A DNA stretch of 40,432 nt from Microbacterium sp. Its GTDB lineage: Bacteria; Actinomycetota; Actinomycetes; Actinomycetales; Microbacteriaceae. Made by a program: the position numbers and the translations under genes. A model generated the notes under the pieces. That model was not told where the DNA came from, did not search any database, and was given only the letters and a program-made list of their open reading frames with translations. The stretch lies in the NCBI GenBank assembly GCA_047607025.1, contig JASGDS010000073.1:1-40432 (forward strand), read 5' to 3'. Shown here in pieces: positions 9,078 to 17,509 of this stretch. Numbering within the stretch: the stretch's first letter is position 1; each line of letters opens with the position of its first letter.

Positions 9078-9612
9078 CCGCCCGAGGGGTACGTACCCTG
9101 GCTCGCCGAGCTGAAAGTCCGGATCGCTTCCATGCAGCAGCGCGCGGCGCTGGCCGTGAAGACCGAGATGATCGCGCTGTACTGGCAGATCGGGCGCGAC
9201 ATCATCGACCTTCAGGCTGAGCGGGGATGGGGGCGAAGGTCATCGATAGGCTCGCCCATGATCTGCGCCGTGCATTCCCCGATCTCGGCGGATTCTCCGT
9301 GCGGAACCTCAAATACATGCGCGCGTTCGCCCGGGCCTGATCGGCGGAAGCAATTGTGCAAGCGCCTCTTGCACAATTGCCGTGGTACCACCAGCTCGCT
9401 CTCCTGGAGAAGCTGTCGACCTCCAAGCTGAGGCTCGCGTACGCTCAGTCGGCCCTCGAGCATGGCTGGTCGCGGAACGCGCTTGTCGCCCACATCGAGA
9501 TGAGATCCGTCGAGCGATCAGGCAGTGCGATCATCAACTTCGAGTCCACCCTGCCGCGACCCGGGTCCGACCTCGCTCGCGAGGCGTTGAAGGACCCGTA
9601 CAAGCTTTCCTT
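9078..9612 (+). pseudogene. YhcG/DUF1016 (PDDEXK nuclease family) N-terminal remnant
   Basis: PEGY..WLAELK.RI...Q.RAALAV..EMI.LYWQIGRDI...GWG / AKVIDRLAHDLR.AFPD..GFS.RNLKYMRAFA.A* / AQLPWYH..LLEKL..GWSRN.L..HIE..KDPY. Frameshift in the G run near 9229-9233, in-frame TGA at 9338, no start codon, truncated before the nuclease domain. Confidence 0.88.
9350..9380. repeat. Perfect 13-bp inverted repeat inside the YhcG remnant
   Basis: GCAATTGTGCAAG-CGCCT-CTTGCACAATTGC. Confidence 0.9.
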
Positions 9613-9622
9613 CAGCGGCGGT

Positions 9623-10906
9623 TCACACGCGTGCGAGTGCCTGGTCGAGGTCGGCGATGATGTCGTCGACCGTTTCCAGGCCGACCGACAGGCGGATCAG
9701 CCCAGGCGTGATCCCGATCGCGAGGCGCTCCTCCTCGGTCAGTCGACCGTGGATGGTGCTGCCGGTGTGGATGGCCAGCGTCCGCACGTCGCCGATGTGG
9801 GTCATCTGGGTGACGAGGGTGAGGGAGTCGAGCACGCGGCGAGCGGCATCCCGTCCGCCGCGCACGTCGAACGCGAGCACGGATCCCGCGCCACTCGGGA
9901 GCAGGCGCTGGGCGCGTTCGTGGTACCGGTTCTCCGGCAGCCCGGCGTAGTCGACGCCGGCCACGGCGGGATGCGCCGCGAGCCACTCCGCGACGCGCTG
10001 GGCGTTCTGCACGTGCCGTTCGACACGCAGTGACAGCGTGTCGAGGCCGAGCAGCAGCAGGAAGGCGCTCTGCGCCGACAGGGTCGGACCGTAGCCGTTG
10101 ATGAGGCCGGCCGCGAAGGGCAGCAGGGCTCGGCTTCCGAACGTTTCGGTGAGGCTGGGCGCGGTGGGCCCCGCCGGCTGTGTCAACTGGGGGTACTTGT
10201 CCGCCTGCGCATTCCACTCGAATCGACCGGAGTCGACGAGTGCCCCGCCGATCACCGAACCGTGCCCGCCGAGCCACTTCGACGTCGAATGCACGACGAT
10301 GGTGGCCCCGTGCTCGATGGGGCGGAGCAGGTAGGGCGTCGCGACGGTGTTGTCCACGATGAGCGGGATGCCCGCCGCATCCGCGATGCGTGCGAGTCGA
10401 TCGATGTCGGGAATGTCGTTCTTCGGGTTCGGAATCGACTCCGTGTAGATCGCCTTCGTTCGCGGGGTCACGCGTGCGAGCCACTCCTCGTCGGGGGCCT
10501 CGGCATCGAGGAAATCGAAGTTCAGACCCTGACGCGTCAGTTCGGTTCGAAAGAGCACCTTTGTGCCCTCGTACAGACTCGATGTCGACAGGATGCGATC
10601 GCCCGTGCCCGCCAACGCCTGCAGGGCGATGACGATGGCGGCTTGACCGCTGGATGTCAGCAGAGCGCCTGCCCCACCCTCGAGGTCTGCGATGCGCCGT
10701 TCGGCAACCGCGTTCGTCGGATTCTGCAGTCGCGCGTACACGGGGCGCTCCTGCTTGTCGGCGAACCGAGCGGCGCCGTCGTCGAAGCTGTCGAAGACGA
10801 ATCCCGCCGTCTGGTAGATCGGGGTGACGCGCGCGCCCGCCTCGCGATCGACGATCTCGCCCGCATGGATCTGGCGGGTCTCGAAGCCGAGCGGCGCGTG
10901 CGTCAT
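9623..10906 (-). CDS. metY: O-acetylhomoserine sulfhydrylase / Cys-Met metabolism PLP enzyme
   Basis: GFETRQIHAG, PIYQT, YARLQNPT, SSGQAA, DNTVATPYL, HSTSKWLGGHG (PLP Lys), TLSLRVERH, HIGDVRTL, LIRLSVGLE; ATG overlaps the rhodanese stop. Confidence 0.9.
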   Translation of the reverse strand: MTHAPLGFETRQIHAGEIVDREAGARVTPIYQTAGFVFDSFDDGAARFADKQERPVYARLQNPTNAVAERRIADLEGGAGALLTSSGQAAIVIALQALAGTGDRILSTSSLYEGTKVLFRTELTRQGLNFDFLDAEAPDEEWLARVTPRTKAIYTESIPNPKNDIPDIDRLARIADAAGIPLIVDNTVATPYLLRPIEHGATIVVHSTSKWLGGHGSVIGGALVDSGRFEWNAQADKYPQLTQPAGPTAPSLTETFGSRALLPFAAGLINGYGPTLSAQSAFLLLLGLDTLSLRVERHVQNAQRVAEWLAAHPAVAGVDYAGLPENRYHERAQRLLPSGAGSVLAFDVRGGRDAARRVLDSLTLVTQMTHIGDVRTLAIHTGSTIHGRLTEEERLAIGITPGLIRLSVGLETVDDIIADLDQALARV

Positions 10907-11763
10907 GCGGCGTCGCCGGTGGCGACGGGAAGCTCGAAGTGGTTCGACCACTGGCTCCACGAGCCCGCGTAGACGGTGGGTGCGAAGCCGGCGAGCGTCA
11001 GCGCAACGGCTTCGTGGGCGGCGGTCACGCCCGAGCCGCAGTACACGCCCACGGGGCGGTCGGCATCGGCACCCAGCTCGGAGAACCGCGCGCGCAACTC
11101 GTCGGTCGAGAGGAACCGGCCGTCCGCCCCGACGTTTTGGGTGGTTGGTGCCGACGTCGCACCGGGAATGTGCCCGGCCCGGGGGTCGATCGGTTCGACC
11201 TCGCCTCGATACCGCTCACCCGCACGAGCGTCGAGCAGCAGTTCGGCCGCGGCGAAGCTCGCCACCTCATCCAGCGGCAGCAGTGGCAGTGAGCCGTACG
11301 TCACCGTTGCGGATCCGGGTGCGGGAAGCGCGGTCTCGCCCGTCTCCACGTCGAATCCGGCCGCTGTCCACGCGCGGAATGAGCCGTCGAGTATGCGCAC
11401 ATCATCGATCCCCGCGTACCGCAGCAGCCACCAGGCCCTCGCGCTGGAGAGGTTCTTCAGATCGTCGTACACGACGACGGTGTCGCCGTCGTCTATGCCC
11501 CAACGGTGCACCGTCTCGCGGAACTCATCCTCGGAGGGGAGCGGATGGCGCCCGTCCGTTGGCTCACCGTGGTGCGCCAGCTCGGCGTCGAGGTCGACGT
11601 ACAGCGCGCCGGGAATGTGGCCATCCAGATACTCGGGTCGCCCGTCTGGCCGGTCGAGCCGCCAGCGCACATCCAGCACCCTGACAGGGCCGCCATCGGG
11701 GTATCGCCCGGCGTCAAGCGCCTCGCGCAGCTCGAAAGCGGTGGTCAGAATCTGATTCGGCAT
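10903..11763 (-). CDS. sseA: Tandem-domain rhodanese, 3-mercaptopyruvate sulfurtransferase type
   Basis: GHIPGA twice, GRHPLP, ARAWWLL, LDAR...RY.GE.EP, active-site YCGSGVTA, YAGSWSQW; GAAGGA RBS. Confidence 0.92.
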   Translation of the reverse strand: MPNQILTTAFELREALDAGRYPDGGPVRVLDVRWRLDRPDGRPEYLDGHIPGALYVDLDAELAHHGEPTDGRHPLPSEDEFRETVHRWGIDDGDTVVVYDDLKNLSSARAWWLLRYAGIDDVRILDGSFRAWTAAGFDVETGETALPAPGSATVTYGSLPLLPLDEVASFAAAELLLDARAGERYRGEVEPIDPRAGHIPGATSAPTTQNVGADGRFLSTDELRARFSELGADADRPVGVYCGSGVTAAHEAVALTLAGFAPTVYAGSWSQWSNHFELPVATGDAA

Positions 11764-11824
11764 GGTGTGTCCTTCGGGGTCGGCGCAAGCGAGCATATGC
11801 CGCCTGGCGCGCCGAACGGCCAGG

Positions 11825-11856
11825 ATGACGCCGCATAACGCGACATGACGTAACAC
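11825..11856. promoter_or_regulatory. Phased ATRACG repeats between the rhodanese operon and LysR
   Basis: ATGACG 11825, ATAACG 11835, ATGACG 11845 (10-bp period) with GCGAC and GTAAC at 5-bp offsets; -10-like TATGCT (minus, 11792-11797) and TACCAT (plus, 11881-11886). Confidence 0.55.
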
Positions 11857-11892
11857 AAGCGCCGCGGCCCGCATCGTTCCTACCATCGTGAG

Positions 11893-12765
11893 ATGGCCGC
11901 AACGCTCGACATCACCTACCTGCGCACACTCGTCGCCATCGACGAGTGCGGCGGGTTCGGTCGTGCCGCCGCTGCCCTGCGCATGAGCCAGCCCACCGTG
12001 AGCCAGCACGTGCGACTGCTGGAGCGGCGCATCGGTCGCCCCCTGGTCGAGAAGGATGGCCGCAACGCGAAGTTCACCGCGGCGGGAGAGAATCTGCTCG
12101 AGGAGGCGCGTCGCATCATCGCGGTGCACGACGAGGCGCTCGCCCGGCTGGATGTCGACAATCGGCAGCCGATCGCCATCGGTTCGGCCGAGACCGCGGC
12201 CGAACAGATCCTGCCCGAACTGCTCGCCACACTGCAGGATGCCTATCCGGATCGCCCGGTGAGATTCGTGATCGATCGATCGACGCAGATGATCGAGGCC
12301 GTCTCCAAGGGCACGATCGATCTCGCGCTGGTGCTCGACACGGAGGAGTCGTCAGTGGGGGTCGACATCGCGACCCTTTCGCTGCGATGGTTCGCGGCGA
12401 CGAACTGGGTGTCGCCCGCTCGCGACGAGCCGCTGCCTCTCGTCGCCTACGTCGAGCCCTGCGGCATGCGCCAGCGCGCGTTTCGCGCGCTCCAGTCCTC
12501 CGGACGATCGGCCGCCGTGATCGCGGAATCGGGAAGCCTCGAAGGAGTGATCGGCGCGGCTCGCGCGGGTCTGGGAGTCGCCGTTCTGCCGAGCATCGGC
12601 CGTGGGCCTCGAGGTCTCGCCGCACGAACAGACCTGCCTGACCTCGGCCGGATCTTCGTTCGCGTGGTGGCCCGCCGGGGCGCGGACAGCGGCGTCGTGC
12701 GCACGGCGGTCGCGGCCCTCGAAGACTTCTTCGCGACCGAGGGATACCTGCACGCCGTCTCGTGA
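11893..12765 (+). CDS. LysR-family transcriptional regulator
   Basis: N-terminal HTH LRTLVAI...GGFGRAA..L.MSQPTVSQHVRLLE...G; GTIDLAL; AGLGVAVLP; leaderless geometry (TACCAT 6 nt before ATG). Confidence 0.95.
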   Translation: MAATLDITYLRTLVAIDECGGFGRAAAALRMSQPTVSQHVRLLERRIGRPLVEKDGRNAKFTAAGENLLEEARRIIAVHDEALARLDVDNRQPIAIGSAETAAEQILPELLATLQDAYPDRPVRFVIDRSTQMIEAVSKGTIDLALVLDTEESSVGVDIATLSLRWFAATNWVSPARDEPLPLVAYVEPCGMRQRAFRALQSSGRSAAVIAESGSLEGVIGAARAGLGVAVLPSIGRGPRGLAARTDLPDLGRIFVRVVARRGADSGVVRTAVAALEDFFATEGYLHAVS

Positions 12766-12837
12766 GCCGCGTGCCTGTGACGTCACGCGACGACATGTTC
12801 GGCAATGCTTCGACACGTGCCGCCGCCGACGATTGTG

Positions 12838-12883
12838 CGCCCTGAGCGGGTTCTTCCGCGGAATGACGCGCATCTGCGCGATC
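12838..12883. promoter_or_regulatory. Upstream element with palindromic core TTCCGCGGAA, shared with 21572-21621
   Basis: GCCCTGAGCGGGTTCTTCCGCGGAATGACGCGCATCT aligns with GCCCTGTCGCGGCCGTTCTGCCGCGGAATCATGCGGTTCT; both precede operon-leading genes. Confidence 0.4.
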
Positions 12884-12993
12884 CATCGCGTCGCGTGATT
12901 GAAATCGATCGTGGCGGGGAGTTGGACACCGAATCGAGCGCCTGCGAACAATGAATCTCACTCCAGGTCTTCCCCGTATCGAAAGAGGCTTCC

Positions 12994-14211
12994 ATGTCCG
13001 ATGACTTTTCCGGCGTCACCTCGTCGTTGCCCTCGACCGCCGCGACAGAGGTCGAGTTCGTCAGCGCGATCAACACGCGCAACACCACCGAGCTCGACCC
13101 CCGGCCGGGCCGCGGAATCGAGCTGGACTTCTTCACGCACTACGCTCGTGCGGTCGAAGACGCCGGGTTCGACTACACCCTCGTCCCCTACGGGTCGAAC
13201 AGCCCCGACTCCTTCGTGATCTCCGCCGCGCTCAGCCAGATCACCGAGAGGCTGAAGGCCATCGTCGCCGTGCGACCGAACACGGACTTCCCGCTCGCCG
13301 CGGCGCAGAAGCTCGCCACGATCGACCAGCTCAACAGGGGGCGCACGATCGTGCACCTCATCTCGGGGGGAAGCGACGCGGAGCAGGCGCGGCAGGGCGA
13401 CTACCTGAGCAAGGATGACCGATACGCGCGCACGCGGGAGTTCCTGCAGCTGCTGCGTCGCGCGTGGACGGAGGAGGCTCCGTTCAGCCACGACGGAGAG
13501 TACTACCGCTTCGACGACTTCGGACCCGGCTTCCCGACCTACTCGGGTGAATCGCTTCCCATCTCGATCGGCGGACAGTCCGACCCGGCGTTCCAGATCG
13601 GAGGCGAGCTGGCCGATGTCTTCAGCTTCTGGGGTGAACCGCTCTCCGAGATCCGCGCGCAGATCGATCGCATCGACCGGATCGCCGCCGCGGCCGGCCG
13701 GGCGGACCGCCCGCGCTTCTGGGTCACGTTCCGCCCGATCATCGCTCCCACGGAAGAGCAGGCATGGGAGAAGGCTCACCGCTACGTCGACGTGATCGCC
13801 GAGACGTATCGCTCCAGCGCATTCCGTGAGCCGCGCGATCCGGTCGGCTCGGCGCCGCAGAACGTCGGTTCGCAGCGTGCGCTCGACTTCGCCGCGAAGA
13901 GCGACATCTACGACCGCGCTCTGTGGACGAAGACAGCCGCTGCGACGAACGCCGGTGGCGCATCGACCGCGCTGGTCGGTACGCCGGAGACGGTTGCCGC
14001 GGCCATCCTGGACTACATCGACCTCGGCGCCTCCATCGTGTCGATCCGCGGGTACGACAACCTCAACGACGTCGTCGACTACGGCCGCTACATCCTGCCG
14101 CTCGTGAAGCAGGAGCTGGCGCACCGCAAGGCGACCGGTCAGCGCGGCACGCTGCAGGCGACCCACCTCGGCGCCTTCGCCCCCGAGTTCGAACTGGCGG
14201 GCGCACGATGA
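12994..14211 (+). CDS. LLM-class flavin-dependent monooxygenase, SsuD/SfnG-related
   Basis: EDAGFD, TERLK.IVAVRP, ATIDQL..GR, RYARTREFL, HDGEYY, GGQS..A, WGEPL, GGASTALVGTPETVA. Confidence 0.9.
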   Translation: MSDDFSGVTSSLPSTAATEVEFVSAINTRNTTELDPRPGRGIELDFFTHYARAVEDAGFDYTLVPYGSNSPDSFVISAALSQITERLKAIVAVRPNTDFPLAAAQKLATIDQLNRGRTIVHLISGGSDAEQARQGDYLSKDDRYARTREFLQLLRRAWTEEAPFSHDGEYYRFDDFGPGFPTYSGESLPISIGGQSDPAFQIGGELADVFSFWGEPLSEIRAQIDRIDRIAAAAGRADRPRFWVTFRPIIAPTEEQAWEKAHRYVDVIAETYRSSAFREPRDPVGSAPQNVGSQRALDFAAKSDIYDRALWTKTAAATNAGGASTALVGTPETVAAAILDYIDLGASIVSIRGYDNLNDVVDYGRYILPLVKQELAHRKATGQRGTLQATHLGAFAPEFELAGAR

Positions 14212-15392
14212 CCGCGCTCGACCACCCCACCCTCGCCTTCGTCACGCCAGACCTGTCGCCCGCGGCGCTCGCCGCGGTGACCTTGGAGATCGCCCAGTAC
14301 GCGCCGGAGTACGACCGCACGGGCGAGGTGCCCGTGCGAGGGCTTGAGGCCGCACACCGTGCGGGGCTGCTCACCGCGACCGTTGGCACGCGCTTCGGCG
14401 GACCGGAACTCGGTGAGCGGGACGTGCATCGGATTCTCGTCGCGTTGGGGGAGGGCGACGCGTCCGTCGCACTGCTCGTGGCCAACAATCTCGGCGCGCA
14501 CACCCAGAACGCGCAGCAGGATCACTGGCCGTCCGAGACCTACGCAGACTTCCTGCGCAAGAGCGTCGAGGGCGTAGCGCTGTCGAACGCCGTGCGAGCG
14601 GAGCCCGACCTCGGCGCGCCTTCGCGGGGCGGACTTCCGGCCACCACTGCGCGCTGGACAGAAGACGGATGGCTGCTGAACGGGCACAAGGCGTACGCGA
14701 CGGGCGGCGAGGCGCTCACCTACCACCTGGTGTGGGTCGTCGTGGACGAGCCTGATGTCGAGCGGCCGCGCGTCGGTCACCTGATCGTGCCGGGGGACGC
14801 CACCGGCATCACCTGGATCAAGACATGGGACCACCTGGGGCTGCGAGCATCGAACACGAACGACGTCGTCTATGAGAACGTGCTCGTGCCGCACGACGCC
14901 TTCCTCGAGATCCCCCGCCGGCCCGACGGTGCGTACATCGATCCGTCGAGTGCCCTCTCGACGGTGGGGCTCGGTCACGCCGCGCTGTACATCGGCGTCG
15001 CTCGTGCGGCCCGATCCGCCTTCACCGCCTTCGCGAATGACCGCGTTCCGTCTGCCCTCGGTCGTCCCATCGCGACGACCGAGCGCATCCAGCAGGTTGC
15101 GGGCGAGATCGAGGCGCAGATCGCGCAGGCAGAGGCCATCCTGTATGGCACGGCCCTGCGCATCGAGGCGGGCGAGACGGATGTCGCCGCGCAGGTGAAC
15201 GTGCTGAAGGTGCAGATCGTGCGGTCGGTGATCACCGCGGTTCAGACGGCGTCTGCCGCGCTCGGCAACCCCGGTCTGACGCGGCATCTGCCGTTCGAAC
15301 GACTGCTGCGCGATGCTCTTGCGTCACGGGTGCACCCGCCGCAGGAGGACTGGGCGCTCATTGCGACCGGCCGCAGGGTGCTCGGCGCATGA
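14208..15392 (+). CDS. Acyl-CoA dehydrogenase-family protein
   Basis: YDRTGE.P, LGEGDASVAL, EPDLGAPSRGG, LNGHKAYATG, TWDHLGLRAS, ERLLRDA..RVHPPQED; ATGA coupling to both neighbours. Confidence 0.9.
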   Translation: MTALDHPTLAFVTPDLSPAALAAVTLEIAQYAPEYDRTGEVPVRGLEAAHRAGLLTATVGTRFGGPELGERDVHRILVALGEGDASVALLVANNLGAHTQNAQQDHWPSETYADFLRKSVEGVALSNAVRAEPDLGAPSRGGLPATTARWTEDGWLLNGHKAYATGGEALTYHLVWVVVDEPDVERPRVGHLIVPGDATGITWIKTWDHLGLRASNTNDVVYENVLVPHDAFLEIPRRPDGAYIDPSSALSTVGLGHAALYIGVARAARSAFTAFANDRVPSALGRPIATTERIQQVAGEIEAQIAQAEAILYGTALRIEAGETDVAAQVNVLKVQIVRSVITAVQTASAALGNPGLTRHLPFERLLRDALASRVHPPQEDWALIATGRRVLGA

Positions 15393-16411
15393 GCAGGCGA
15401 TACGTTGTGATCGGTGCGGGCGGCGTGGGGGCGGCGCTCGCGGCAGGACTCACCGAGGCGAGCATTCCCGTCGTGCTCGTTTCGCGGGGACGCACCTTCG
15501 ACGCGGTCGCTCGCGAGGGGCTCCGGTTCACCCATGAGGGGCGAACCAGAACGCTCGATGTCCCCATCGTCGGATCCCCCTCCGACCTCGAGCTGCGCTC
15601 TTCTGACGTGCTCGTGCTCGCGGTGAAGAGTCAGGATGCTGCGGAAGCGCTCGCAGCGTGGGCGCGGCATCCCGTTGCGGATGGCGGGATCGCGGCCACG
15701 GAGCTGCCGGTCGTCACGCTGCAGAATGGGCTCGACGCCGAGCGCACGGCTCTTCGACACTTCGACACGGTGCTCGGCGGTGCGGCGCTCATCGCCGCAC
15801 AGCACGTCGTGGCGGGGGAGGTGACGGTGCGCAATGGGCCGAAGCTCGGCCAGATCATCCTCGGGCCGTTCCCCTCCGCGGCGCTCGCGGCAGATGCGGC
15901 ATCCCTCGTTCCCGACGTCGCAGCCGATCTTCGTCGGGGCGGATGGCTGGTGCACGAGACGAACGACCCTCGGCGATGGAAGGCCTGGAAGGCCGTCACG
16001 GCCGCCACCTTCCCCGTCGAGGTGCTCTCGGGCACGCCGGAGGAACTGGACGAGGTGCGCCAACGCATCCGGGATGAGGCGCGGCACGTGCTCGGTGCGG
16101 CTGGCTACGAGTTCGCCGACTACGCCGAGGTGAGCTACGACCCCACCCTGGCGCAGGTCAGGAAGGACCCCTCCGACGGACCTGCAGGACTCTCCACCTG
16201 GCAGAGCTTCGTGCGCGGCAGCAGCAGCGAGGCCGACTTCCTCACCGGCGAGATCGTGCTGCAGGCGCGTCTGCTCGGCCTCCCTTCGCCGGTCAGCTCA
16301 GCGGTGCAGCGCGCGCTCGCCGAGGCGGCCGCCGCGGGCGAGAAGCCAGGGGTACGATCGGCGCGCTCCCTGCTCGAGAGCCTGGTCGAGCCGTCGGGGG
16401 TGCCGGCATGA
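15389..16411 (+). CDS. Ketopantoate reductase (PanE/ApbA)-family oxidoreductase, divergent
   Basis: VIGAGGVG Rossmann motif, LAVKSQD, TLQNG, W.K, STWQS..RG..E.DFL.GEIV. Confidence 0.85.
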   Translation: MSRRYVVIGAGGVGAALAAGLTEASIPVVLVSRGRTFDAVAREGLRFTHEGRTRTLDVPIVGSPSDLELRSSDVLVLAVKSQDAAEALAAWARHPVADGGIAATELPVVTLQNGLDAERTALRHFDTVLGGAALIAAQHVVAGEVTVRNGPKLGQIILGPFPSAALAADAASLVPDVAADLRRGGWLVHETNDPRRWKAWKAVTAATFPVEVLSGTPEELDEVRQRIRDEARHVLGAAGYEFADYAEVSYDPTLAQVRKDPSDGPAGLSTWQSFVRGSSSEADFLTGEIVLQARLLGLPSPVSSAVQRALAEAAAAGEKPGVRSARSLLESLVEPSGVPA

Positions 16412-17469
16412 CGGGCGCAGAGGGCAGGATCACGCTCGGCTTCAACGCCCGCATCTCCTTCCAGGGCGATGACGCGAAGCAGGGTCTTCGCGACGGCATC
16501 CGGCTGTTTCAACGAGCCGAAGAGCTCGGCTTCCAGACCGGGTGGGTGTACCAGCGGCACTTCGATCACTACCTCTCGTCGCCGCTCACCTTCCTGTCGG
16601 CGGCCGCGCAGCACACCGACCGCATCCGACTCGGAACGGCGATCATTCCGATCCGGAACGAGGATCCGCTGCTGCTGGCAGAAGCCGCAGGAACCGCCGA
16701 TCTTCTCGCCGACGAGCGGCTGCAGCTCGGAATCGGCAAGGGCGCGGGCGGGTTCGACCACCTGTTCGGCTCCAGGGAGCTCAGCGATGTGCGGGAGAAG
16801 GCCACTCGTCAGCTCGACGAGTTTCTCGCCGGCATCCGAGGCGAGGTCGTCGGACACGTCGAGGAGGAGAACCTGCCGGTGCCGCAGGGCACCGCACTGC
16901 GGGTCACCCCGCACAGCGACACGCTCGCCGACCGCGTCTGGTACGGAGCGGGATCCATCGAGACCACGGCGAACACGGTGGAGCGGGGTCTGAACCTGCT
17001 GCTGGGCACCATCGTCCACGCACAGCAGACGGGCCTGAGATACGACCAGTATCAGCGCCGCCAGGCCGACGAGTACCGCGCAGGGATCGCCGTTCGCCAT
17101 CCGCAGAAGCGGGCACGAGTCGCGCTCTCGCGTTCGGTGCTGCCTGCGACGGATGCCGGGACCGCGGCAGCCTACGAGAAGTACGACCTCGAGCGACAGC
17201 AGTTCGGACCCGCCGCATCCCGCCCGAGCGGCGCCCTCGACATCGTTCCGCGTGCGGCAGGAACGCTGCCCGGATTCGAGGCGACGCCTGTGCTGCGCGG
17301 GGATCCCGATCAGGTCATCGAGCAGCTGCGCAGCGACGAGGCGTTCGGCGCGAGCGACCACCTCATCGCGTTCCTCGTGCCCGAGTTCGACGTCGACCGC
17401 AATATTCGCATCCTGGAGGACATCGCGACCCACGTCGCGCCCGCCCTGGGATGGACGCCCGCGACATAG
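16408..17469 (+). CDS. LLM-class (luciferase-like) flavin-dependent oxidoreductase
   Basis: AEELGF..GWV.QRHF...LSSP..FL.A.A..T.RIRLGTAIIP...EDP..LAE...D.L...RL.LG.G.G; VWYGAGS. Confidence 0.9.
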   Translation: MTGAEGRITLGFNARISFQGDDAKQGLRDGIRLFQRAEELGFQTGWVYQRHFDHYLSSPLTFLSAAAQHTDRIRLGTAIIPIRNEDPLLLAEAAGTADLLADERLQLGIGKGAGGFDHLFGSRELSDVREKATRQLDEFLAGIRGEVVGHVEEENLPVPQGTALRVTPHSDTLADRVWYGAGSIETTANTVERGLNLLLGTIVHAQQTGLRYDQYQRRQADEYRAGIAVRHPQKRARVALSRSVLPATDAGTAAAYEKYDLERQQFGPAASRPSGALDIVPRAAGTLPGFEATPVLRGDPDQVIEQLRSDEAFGASDHLIAFLVPEFDVDRNIRILEDIATHVAPALGWTPAT

Positions 17470-17509
17470 TTCGCGCAGGCGGAGCCGATCACGAAGGAAA
17501 AGATCTCTG

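Noticed and set aside
5509-11892. SAM (S-box or SAM-IV) riboswitch before metNIQ or the rhodanese-metY operon
   Set aside because: No recognisable consensus; metN looks leaderless and the rhodanese leader is short. An Rfam scan would be decisive.
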